Position numbers and translations under genes: made by a program. From Planctomycetota bacterium (lineage in GTDB: Bacteria; Planctomycetota; UBA1135; UBA2386): a stretch of DNA of 64,000 nt. The stretch is from the NCBI GenBank assembly GCA_050181465.1, contig JBFXDD010000005.1, forward strand, positions 125,587 through 189,586, written 5' to 3'. The notes under the pieces are model-generated. The model worked only from the letters and a program-made list of their open reading frames with translations, had not been told where the DNA came from and did no database searches. This document shows, one piece after another, positions 56,867 to 64,000 of the stretch (positions are counted from its first letter, which is position 1; each line of letters begins with the position of its first letter).

Positions 56867-58780
56867 ATGACTCTTCGGAGCCTGCTCGTCGGCACCATTC
56901 TCATGGGGATGGTGGCGGTGCAGTATTCCCCTGCTCTCGAGCCACCCAGAGCAGCACAGCGCGCGGCGGATTCTCAGCATCTCGTGACGGCGCATCGCGT
57001 GGCGGTGATTCTCCGGCGCGCCGACGGCACGCCCTGGGCGGACGCGCACGTCCATGCTCGAGCGGGCTACTGGACGCCCGGCTGGGTGCTGCCCGGCTCG
57101 CCGCAGGCGGACGGCAAGAGCGACGCGAACGGTCGCTGCATCCTGTCGCTGGCGCCGTGCACGGAACACTGGATCTGGGCGGAGTCGGCGACGGACGACG
57201 GGAAGCGATGGATCGCGGATGCGGTCTCCTTGCGAGCCGAGAAGTCGGTGCGATTGGTCGCGCGACCCGATCCGGTCGGACCCACGATTCTTCGGCTGCG
57301 AAGCCAAGAAGACCGTTGCGCACGGGTGCGCGTTCGCGATCGCGCGTTGGGCTGGGAGCGGGAGTTCGAGGGGCTGCCCACCGAGTTGCGACTCGAAGCG
57401 CCGCCGTCGCCGTGGCTCGAAGTCGTGGTGTTCGATCCGGAGAGCCGGCCGAGTCTGCTGGTGGATGTTCAGAACGACGGCCGCGAGCACGTGATCGAGC
57501 CGGAGAGCACGCGTGTGCAGGAGGTCGTCGTCGTCGCGCCGCCGGCCGGCATCGATCCTGCGGATCTTCGCTTGCAGCTCTGGCATCGTGGCGAGACCTT
57601 CGATCTCGCCGCCTTCGATGCGCAGGGTCGCACCCGTTTCGACTTCGATCGCTGGCAGGGGCTCGTCGACGGCCGCGGGCAGTGCGCGAAGCAGTCGGGA
57701 AGTGCCTATGTGGTGAACGGTGACGCGATCGACCCGGTGGTGATCGACCTCGTCTGGTCGGACTACCGGCGCCCGGACACGACTCTCCCGATCCCGGTTC
57801 ATGTGCGAGCGCGCGAGCGCACGGGCGGGTGGTTTCGCATCCAACTCGGCGGGGAGGAGCTCGACCACGCCTCACTGCGCCGAGCGGTCGAGCTCGAGCA
57901 CGCGCACGGCGAACGGCGGAATCCGATCCGGTTTGCCTTGGACGAGCGCCTCGCTGGTCGTCGCGTGCCGTTGTCGATGAGCTTGAAAGAGTTCCCGCTC
58001 TGGTTGACCGGAGCCGCGCGGAGCGACGCAGCGCTAGCACGACAATGGCAGCCTTGGCTGGACGGAGTCGTGCCGATCCTCCTCGATGTTCCGCCGGATT
58101 CGGCGAGCCCGCCGCAGATCGACCTCGATCTGGCGACGGACTTCGTTCGCTGCGAACTGACCTTCGTCGGTGTCGATCGATTGCCGCTCGCAGACCAGTT
58201 CGTGCGCTGGTGGGTGCGACCGTCCGATCACGCCTGGCGCATGGATGTGCGCACCGATCCGAAGGGTGTCGCGCGGTTTCTCCTCCCGAAGAAGCTGACG
58301 AGTGACGCCTGGTGTTGGCATGTCTCGCCGCAGGGCTGGACCAGCTTCCTGCTCAATGAGCTTGCGATCGCCGAAGTCGCGAGGCGGACCGGCGTTCTTC
58401 GGGCCGAGATCCAGATGCTGCCGGTGCATCGGGTCCGCCTGGCCTGCGCCGAGCCGATGGACGTCACGCTGGCCGTGCGGTTCGACGACCAGCGATTGGA
58501 TCCGATTCCCGCTGCGGCCGTCTCCGACCGACCCGAGTGGATCGCCGTCGCTCGTCCCGAGAACGCGCTCGCTGGTTTCCGCGAGATCTACGAGTTCCGC
58601 ACGTACCGGCTGCCCGACGACCTGATCGCGGTCCCCGCACTGCCGCTGCGCAGCGTGATCCACCTCCGTTCACGGGTGACCGACGGCCAGCGACCCGAGG
58701 GCTTCCGGCGCCCGACCAACTTCGCGATCGAGGCATCGGTCGAGCCGCAAGTTCTCGAGTTCGTGCTGGAGCAGAGGTGA
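56867..58780 (+). CDS. Secreted or membrane-anchored hypothetical protein (637 aa)
   Basis: Hydrophobic N-terminus (SLLVGTILMGMVAVQ). At least one carboxypeptidase-regulatory-like segment is present (VAVILRRADGTPWADAHVHA...DANGRCILSL). It starts 4 bp after scpA, where scpB would normally be, but does not resemble ScpB. Confidence 0.45.
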   Translation: MTLRSLLVGTILMGMVAVQYSPALEPPRAAQRAADSQHLVTAHRVAVILRRADGTPWADAHVHARAGYWTPGWVLPGSPQADGKSDANGRCILSLAPCTEHWIWAESATDDGKRWIADAVSLRAEKSVRLVARPDPVGPTILRLRSQEDRCARVRVRDRALGWEREFEGLPTELRLEAPPSPWLEVVVFDPESRPSLLVDVQNDGREHVIEPESTRVQEVVVVAPPAGIDPADLRLQLWHRGETFDLAAFDAQGRTRFDFDRWQGLVDGRGQCAKQSGSAYVVNGDAIDPVVIDLVWSDYRRPDTTLPIPVHVRARERTGGWFRIQLGGEELDHASLRRAVELEHAHGERRNPIRFALDERLAGRRVPLSMSLKEFPLWLTGAARSDAALARQWQPWLDGVVPILLDVPPDSASPPQIDLDLATDFVRCELTFVGVDRLPLADQFVRWWVRPSDHAWRMDVRTDPKGVARFLLPKKLTSDAWCWHVSPQGWTSFLLNELAIAEVARRTGVLRAEIQMLPVHRVRLACAEPMDVTLAVRFDDQRLDPIPAAAVSDRPEWIAVARPENALAGFREIYEFRTYRLPDDLIAVPALPLRSVIHLRSRVTDGQRPEGFRRPTNFAIEASVEPQVLEFVLEQR

Positions 58781-58966
58781 GCCACCCTGACTATTCGTGA
58801 ACGTCGTCGCGAGATCGCCGCAGGTCGATGCTCGGCATGGAGCTACGTCGTGCGACGACCGAGGCGTAGCCGTAGCTACGCTGCCAGGGAGGAGCCGCCG
58901 CCGCCGCGCCGCCGCCGAGCGCGGCTTGCGGCGATCGCAGCAGATGTTCACGAATAGTTCGGGCTA
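58781..58966 (+). repeat. Nested-palindrome intergenic element, long form (copy F)
   Basis: The sequence runs ...CTGACTATTCGTGAACGTCGTCGCGAGATCGCCGCAGGTCGATGCTCGGCA...GCGTAGCCGTAGCTACGC...GAGCGCGGCTTGCGGCGATCGCAGCAGATGTTCACGAATAGTTCGGGCTAG. The left terminus has diverged, so that boundary is approximate. The right terminal TAG is the stop codon of the convergent gene. Confidence 0.88.
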
Positions 58967-59857
58967 GATCCCCGCGTCGCGCGGCATGCCGGCAAGTTCG
59001 AGCGCGGCCCGCAGCGTGTCGGCGTCGGCGCGTGCGAAGTCGGCCTCGTCGTCGTAGCACCATCGCCCAAAGAGCTCGGCGGCACCCAACGCCTGCGGGA
59101 AGTGCGGCGCGGGCAACTCGACCGGTCGCGGGCAGAACCACGTCGTGCGGCCGTCATCGATCAGGTTGAAGGCCGCGGTGGCACGCAGTGCCGCGAGTTC
59201 CAGCGCGACTGCCAGGCGCTGGTCGCGCTCGCCGTCGATCCGCAGCAGCAGCAGCGGGCACGGTGCCTGGGCTCGTGCGAGGCGGACATTCGGGAAGCGG
59301 GCGAGAACGGCGCTGCTCGCGGCTTCGTACTCGAGGCCGGCGAGGAATCCGGTTCGGTCGCCGAGCAGGTGGCCGTGACTCCGCACGATCGAGGCTGCGG
59401 CGCCGACGGTGTTGAGCAGGAAGGTCCCCTCGACCGCCGCGGCGATCGACGAACCGTTGGTCAGCAGTGCGAGATCGGGCTCGCGACGGAACTCGGCAGC
59501 CCACAGGATCGCTGCGCTCGCCGCGAAGGGGTGCCGATTCGGCGTCATCACCACGCCCTCGCCGCGCCAGATCGCCTCAGCGGCGATGATCTCGGCGCCG
59601 TGGTCGCGCGCGATCGCCGGGCGACTCGCCAGCGGCCGACCACGGCGGTTGCGACGCTCCGGCAGCCAACAGAGTTCGACCGCGCGATCGAAGAGTTCGA
59701 GCGACCGCACCGCCGCAGGACGGAAATCGCCGCTCGGAAGGCGGTCGGGCGGTGCGACGCTCATTTGGCGGCCGGATTGCGAGGGGTCGACACCACGGAT
59801 AGCCTCCCCTGTCGATCCGACGCTGTCGAGATCGACCTGCCCCTCCGCGTCCGACAT
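58964..59857 (-). CDS. Hypothetical protein, possibly a HIT-superfamily (GalT/Apa2-like) nucleotidyltransferase or phosphorylase
   Basis: VMTPNRHPFAASAAILWA resembles the NK(F/Y)P...H.LL segment, and IVRSHGHLLG resembles the H-x-H-x-hydrophobic nucleotide-binding motif of that branch. The assignment is weak. Confidence 0.3.
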   Translation of the reverse strand: MSDAEGQVDLDSVGSTGEAIRGVDPSQSGRQMSVAPPDRLPSGDFRPAAVRSLELFDRAVELCWLPERRNRRGRPLASRPAIARDHGAEIIAAEAIWRGEGVVMTPNRHPFAASAAILWAAEFRREPDLALLTNGSSIAAAVEGTFLLNTVGAAASIVRSHGHLLGDRTGFLAGLEYEAASSAVLARFPNVRLARAQAPCPLLLLRIDGERDQRLAVALELAALRATAAFNLIDDGRTTWFCPRPVELPAPHFPQALGAAELFGRWCYDDEADFARADADTLRAALELAGMPRDAGI

Positions 59858-59874
59858 CTGCCGAGCCCCTGCCC

Positions 59875-60807
59875 TTGAGAATCGTCTTCTTCGGTTGTGG
59901 GGACTATGCCTGTCCCTCGCTGGATGCCCTGCTCGCCGCGAAGCTGAAGCCCGATCTGGTCGTGACCAAGCCCGATGCGGCTCGTGGGCGCGGGCGGAAG
60001 ATCTACCCGGCTCCAGTCCGCCTCCACGCGGAGGAGCTTGGCCTGAGGGTAGCGCAGCCGGAGAACCCGCACGATCCCGGCTTCATGGAGGAACTCGGCG
60101 CGATGAAGCCGGACGTCGGACTGGTCGTCAGCTACGGCGTGATCCTTCGCACCGAGCTGATCAAGTTGCCGCGGCACGGAATGCTGAATGCGCACGCGTC
60201 GCTCCTGCCGCAGTTCCGGGGCGCAGCACCCATCGAACACGCGATCTGGCAGGGCCATACCGAGACCGGCGTGACGATCATGCGGATCGTCGAGCAGCTC
60301 GACGCAGGGGACATCCTCATGCAGGAGCGCACGGCGATCGATCCACGCGAGAACGCGGGCATGCTGCGCGAACGACTCGCGGCCCTCTCCGGCGCGGCCT
60401 TCTGCAAGGCCGTCGAAGTGTTGCGTAACGGTGGCGCGGAGTTCATTCCCCAGGATCACGGCAAGGCCACGCACGCGCGCAAGCTCGAGAAGCCCGACGG
60501 CGTCATCGATTGGTCGAAGCCGGCCGATCAGATCGCGCTGCTCGTGCGCGCGATGACCCCAAAGCCGGGCGCACAGACGCGGCTCGGTTCGAAGCGATTC
60601 ATCGTGCTCGAAGGGGAGGTCGAAGAAGATCGTTACGGGATGGGCGTTCACGGCGGCGTGCAGTCCGCCGGCGAGGAAGGCATCCGTGTTTGCACCGGCA
60701 AGCAGCTCTACCGCATCACGAAGATCAAGCCCGACAACGGGCGGACGATGACTGCGGGCGAATTCGTGCGCGGCCACTCGATCCCACCCGACGCCCGGTT
60801 CACGTGA
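59875..60807 (+). CDS. fmt: Methionyl-tRNA formyltransferase
   Basis: TTG start at 59875. Contains MRIVFFGCGDYACPSLDAL, VVSYGVILRTELIKLPRHGMLNAHASLLPQFRGAAPIEHAI and VEQLDAGDIL. Confidence 0.92.
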   Translation: MRIVFFGCGDYACPSLDALLAAKLKPDLVVTKPDAARGRGRKIYPAPVRLHAEELGLRVAQPENPHDPGFMEELGAMKPDVGLVVSYGVILRTELIKLPRHGMLNAHASLLPQFRGAAPIEHAIWQGHTETGVTIMRIVEQLDAGDILMQERTAIDPRENAGMLRERLAALSGAAFCKAVEVLRNGGAEFIPQDHGKATHARKLEKPDGVIDWSKPADQIALLVRAMTPKPGAQTRLGSKRFIVLEGEVEEDRYGMGVHGGVQSAGEEGIRVCTGKQLYRITKIKPDNGRTMTAGEFVRGHSIPPDARFT

Positions 60808-62138
60808 ACGATTCGCCCCGACGTCGCACACGGGAGGCTCGTCAGGTCGCGATGGAGGCGTTGCTTGCCTTCGCCGCCGATCCCGACGGTCGCATTCTCA
60901 CCAAGCTCGAGCTGCACGACATGGACCCCCGCGACGCCGCGCTCGCCCGCGAGATCGCGCTGGGAGTCGTTCGGCGGCGCGATCTGCTCGATCACATCTG
61001 CACCGGCTACACCGAGCGCGGTTTGCCTGCCTATATCGAGGCGCGCTTCGCGTTGCGTATCGGCGCCTATCAACTCTGCTTCCTCGATCGCATTCCTCCG
61101 CATGCCGCGGTCGACAGCAGCGTGAACCTGTGCGAAGCGCCGTCGCGCGGATTCGTCAATGCGGTGTTGCGACGGATCGCGGAGAGGGTGCTGCCGGCGA
61201 GTGAGTCGATCGGTCCCGATTCGGATCGTTTGGCTTTGCCAGGCAATCGTGTCATTCAACTCGGGTTGCCTTTGCCGCATCCGGAGCGCGATCCCGCCGG
61301 GTGGATGAGTGTGGTGGGCGGCATACCGATGTTCTTGGCGCAACGGTGGTTCGACCGTCATGGCCGGACTCGCGCGTTCGAACTCGTCGAGGCCGCGACC
61401 CGCAATGCGGGCGTGATGCTGCGCACGGTGCGCGTGAGTCGTGACGAACTGGCGGAGCGACTCCGCACCGAGGGCGTGCTCACCGAACCCGCCGTCCATC
61501 CTCGCGTGCTGCGCTGGAGCGATGGTGCGTCGCCGTTCGACACCCAGGCCTATCGCGACGGCTGTTTCGTCGCGCAGGACCCGACGTCGGTCCGCGCTGC
61601 GGAGGCAGTGGGAGCACAACCCGGCGAGACCATCTTGGACCTGTGCGCGGCACCGGGCACGAAGGCGTCGCTGTTGGCGGAAGCAGTGGGAGCGGAGGGC
61701 AAGGTCGTCGCGTCGGATCCGGATGCGCGGCGACGCGCTCGGATCGTCGACAACGTGCTGCGCTTGCGCATGCCCTGGATCAAGATCGGCGAGGATCCCC
61801 GACGCGGCATCGGCGCGGATCGCGTGCTCGCCGATGTGCCCTGTTCGAATACCGGTGTGTTGTCGCGGCGCGTGGAAGCGCGTTACCGATTGACCGCCGA
61901 GCGCATCTCCGAGTTGGTGGCGACGCAGCGCGAGATCCTCGCGCAGGCTCTCGAACTCGTGCGCCCTTCGGGAACCGTCGTGTATTCCACCTGCAGCATC
62001 GAGCAGGAGGAGAATCACGACGTCGTCGCGCCGGTCGCGCGGGAATGGCAGGCCACGATCGTGGCGGAGCACACGACGTTTCCCGATCCGCCCCAGCACG
62101 ACGGCGGCTATTTTGCGATTCTTCGCGCGCCTGATTGA
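60804..62138 (+). CDS. rsmB: 16S rRNA (cytosine-C5)-methyltransferase RsmB/Sun (NusB-like N-terminal domain plus methyltransferase)
   Basis: The GTG at 60804 overlaps the fmt stop (GTGA). Motifs are DLCAAPGTKAS, DVPCSNTGVLSRR and YSTCSIEQEEN. The fmt-rsmB order is conserved. Confidence 0.88.
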   Translation: MNDSPRRRTREARQVAMEALLAFAADPDGRILTKLELHDMDPRDAALAREIALGVVRRRDLLDHICTGYTERGLPAYIEARFALRIGAYQLCFLDRIPPHAAVDSSVNLCEAPSRGFVNAVLRRIAERVLPASESIGPDSDRLALPGNRVIQLGLPLPHPERDPAGWMSVVGGIPMFLAQRWFDRHGRTRAFELVEAATRNAGVMLRTVRVSRDELAERLRTEGVLTEPAVHPRVLRWSDGASPFDTQAYRDGCFVAQDPTSVRAAEAVGAQPGETILDLCAAPGTKASLLAEAVGAEGKVVASDPDARRRARIVDNVLRLRMPWIKIGEDPRRGIGADRVLADVPCSNTGVLSRRVEARYRLTAERISELVATQREILAQALELVRPSGTVVYSTCSIEQEENHDVVAPVAREWQATIVAEHTTFPDPPQHDGGYFAILRAPD

Positions 62139-62194
62139 GCGTCGCGGGTCGGCGAGTCGGCTATTCTCGGCGGTCCCCCGAACGTCGAAACACC

Positions 62195-62812
62195 ATGGCC
62201 AGCCGTCCGAAGTCCGTCGCTTCTGCTTCCTCGAGTCCCGCCGCGCGGCCCCGTACGGGATCGCGAACGCGCGCCGCGTCCGGCGGCGCAGGACAACAAG
62301 GGCTCATGATCGGCATCGGGGTCGCGGTAGTCGCGATCGCTGCCGTGATCTACTTCATGAACTCCGGTGGATCGGGCGGTGACTCGAACAGCGGTTCGAA
62401 CTCGGCGGCGAAGCCTGCCGCGGCACCGAAGAGCGAAACGCCGCCCGCGAACGTTCCGGCGACGTCCAACGAGCAGGGCAGAGCCGGCAAGACGCCGAAG
62501 ACACCGGCACCGGCGATCGCGCAGAGCGACATCGCGACCGCCGAGAGTGAGTACCAAGCGTCGCTCGCCAAGTGGACCGAGGCCGAGCAGGGACGTCAGG
62601 CCGGCGATCACGACAAGTTCAAGACCGCGTTGACGGAGGCTTCGGATGCGATGAAGCGCGCGGACCGCGTGATCGAACGCTACCGCGATTGGCTCAACGA
62701 GGCGGAGTTCGAGAGCTGGGCGATCCCCGGTGAATACGTCGCGCTGCAGCAGCGGATGGGCGTGTGGGATCGTCACATGGCGAAGGTGAAGAAGGCCAAG
62801 CCGCGAGACTGA
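62195..62812 (+). CDS. Membrane-anchored hypothetical protein with low-complexity linker and helical C-terminal domain
   Basis: Start at ATG 62195 (MASRPKS...). It has a TM helix (LMIGIGVAVVAIAAVIYFM), a Ser/Gly/Pro/Ala-rich linker, and a helical domain (AESEYQASLAKWTEAEQGRQAGDHDKFKTAL). Confidence 0.45.
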   Translation: MASRPKSVASASSSPAARPRTGSRTRAASGGAGQQGLMIGIGVAVVAIAAVIYFMNSGGSGGDSNSGSNSAAKPAAAPKSETPPANVPATSNEQGRAGKTPKTPAPAIAQSDIATAESEYQASLAKWTEAEQGRQAGDHDKFKTALTEASDAMKRADRVIERYRDWLNEAEFESWAIPGEYVALQQRMGVWDRHMAKVKKAKPRD

Positions 62813-62828
62813 GCGCAACGCAATCACC

Positions 62829-63743
62829 GTGAAGCTCGGTTACGTCACGAATGGGTTGCGCGATCATCGTCTCGACGACGCTCTGCGTCTCTTGGCGGAT
62901 CACGGATACGAAGCCGTGGCGATCACGCCCGACGTCGGGCACCTCGACCCCTATCGCACGACTGCAGCGGAGATCGAAGCGATCGGGACGCTGTGCGCAG
63001 CACTGAAGCTGACCGTCGTCGTCGAGACCGGCGCGCGCTTCCTGCTCGACCCACGCCACAAGCACGAGCCGACCCTGATGTCCGCAGAGGCGGCTGCGCG
63101 CGCGGCGCGTGTCGAGTTCTACGCGCGCTGCGCAGCGATCGCGCGCGATCTCGGTGCTCTCGTGCTGTCGTTCTGGTCGGGAGTAGACCGCACCGGCAGC
63201 GCGGACTCGGCGGCGATCCTGGTCGAGGGAGTCGAACGCACGTGCGAGGCCGTGCGCGCGCGAGGCATATCGCCCTCGATCGAGCCCGAGCCCGGAATGG
63301 CGCTCGCCAATCTCGCCGACTACGAGAAGTTGGCGCAGTGCATGCAGTCGCGTGCGCCGTCGCTCACGCTCGACGTGGGCCATCTCTACGTGGATACCGC
63401 CGCGTCGCCGAACGCGATTCGCGAGATCGCCGCGCAGTGTCAGCGGATGGCCGCTCGCTGCGCACAGGTGCAAATCGAGGACATGCGATTCGGTGTGCAC
63501 GAGCACTTGCCGCCGGGCGAGGGCGATGTCGACTTCGTCGGCGCACTCACCGCCTTGACGCGCGGCGGCTACGGCGGCCCCGTGTGTTTCGAGCTGTCGC
63601 GTAGCAGTCATCGGGCTCCCGAGCTGGTCGCTGCCTGTGCTCGCCTGTTCCGCGCCGCCGCAGCCTTGCGCGGCACGGGTCCAAAGGCGTACCCTTCCGC
63701 CTCTCTCCCGATCGAGCCTCGACCCCAGGAAGGTTTGCCATGA
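62829..63743 (+). CDS. Xylose-isomerase-like TIM-barrel protein (sugar phosphate isomerase/epimerase family)
   Basis: GTG start at 62829. The pattern MKLGYVTNGLRDHRLDDALRLLADHGYEAVAI...VVETG...IEPEPGMALANL...LTLDVGHLYV...VQIEDM...HLPPGEGDVDF is typical of the AP_endonuc_2 fold. Confidence 0.7.
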   Translation: MKLGYVTNGLRDHRLDDALRLLADHGYEAVAITPDVGHLDPYRTTAAEIEAIGTLCAALKLTVVVETGARFLLDPRHKHEPTLMSAEAAARAARVEFYARCAAIARDLGALVLSFWSGVDRTGSADSAAILVEGVERTCEAVRARGISPSIEPEPGMALANLADYEKLAQCMQSRAPSLTLDVGHLYVDTAASPNAIREIAAQCQRMAARCAQVQIEDMRFGVHEHLPPGEGDVDFVGALTALTRGGYGGPVCFELSRSSHRAPELVAACARLFRAAAALRGTGPKAYPSASLPIEPRPQEGLP

Positions 63744-64000
63744 AGTCGTCCGTTCCGGATTCGACCTCGCCTGCGACGGCCTCGCAGCCTCTCTTGCGGC
63801 AGTGCCCGACGCTTCGAAGCGCTGGGAACAGCTTGATCGCTCACCGGATCGACTGCGGCAGTTGTCTTCAGCGCCAGCGAGACATGTACCACAAGTGCTA
63901 TCGCTGCGTGTACCAGGGCAAGCCCGCCGACTTCGTGGCGGAACTGCCGGTGGAACTCGGTCGCCCCGAGGACAAGACGCCGGTCGACTTCATCGACATT
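63740..64000 (+). CDS. Partial CDS (5' end only), Cys-rich N-terminus, function unknown
   Basis: The ATG at 63740 overlaps the upstream stop (ATGA). My translation is MKSSVPDSTSPATASQPLLRQCPTLRSAGNSLIAHRIDCGSCLQRQRDMYHKCYRCVYQGKP..., and the frame stays open to the window end. This ORF is not in the supplied track because it is unterminated. Confidence 0.3.
   Translation, partial: MKSSVPDSTSPATASQPLLRQCPTLRSAGNSLIAHRIDCGSCLQRQRDMYHKCYRCVYQGKPADFVAELPVELGRPEDKTPVDFIDI

Noticed and set aside
60798-60809. A perfect 12-bp palindrome, GTTCACGTGAAC, exactly at the fmt stop / rsmB start overlap. It resembles the 3' arm of the repeat family joined to its 5' arm.
   Set aside because: It lies in overlapping coding sequence and lacks the CCCGGA termini and any other element sequence. 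It is most simply a coincidence of the GTGA start/stop overlap. It is worth a glance only if genome-wide analysis shows such junctions elsewhere.

Overview
High-GC bacterial chromosomal segment that is densely coding. I saw no rRNA, CRISPR array, transposase, integrase or phage genes. The recognisable core genes are dnaN-DUF721(DciA-like)-gyrB, lexA, recQ, ogt, fmt-rsmB, ettA, tatA-family, kdsD, scpA and one tRNA-Arg(CCG). Envelope-related genes include a two-gene MCE/Mla-type transporter, an LptD-like gene, and a 934-aa membrane-anchored protein downstream of kdsD. Signalling genes include three ECF-type sigma modules: one is fused to a transmembrane helix and a large extracytoplasmic domain, one has a putative anti-sigma operon, and one is paired with a TPR Ser/Thr kinase. 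There is also a stand-alone MshEN/T2SSE_N domain protein.

The most distinctive signal that gene content does not explain is a family of at least eight copies of a long, imperfectly palindromic (nested hairpin) intergenic element. It occurs in three size classes: 93-96 bp, 122 bp and 184-189 bp. Every copy sits at a gene 3' end. Several copies have CTAG/CTAA termini that supply or overlap the stop codon of a flanking gene. Two genes are bracketed by directly oriented copies.

Other points worth a second look:
- a roughly 190-bp duplicated gene fragment;
- a translationally coupled E1 alpha/beta fusion and FabD-like acyltransferase pair;
- an MCE protein with a degenerate trypsin-like C-terminus;
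- a 718-bp gap upstream of lexA containing a 3 x 21-bp tandem repeat.

All functional calls come from reading motifs in the translated ORFs. No database search was possible, and many gene starts are uncertain. The high GC content generates many long antisense shadow ORFs, which I ignored.
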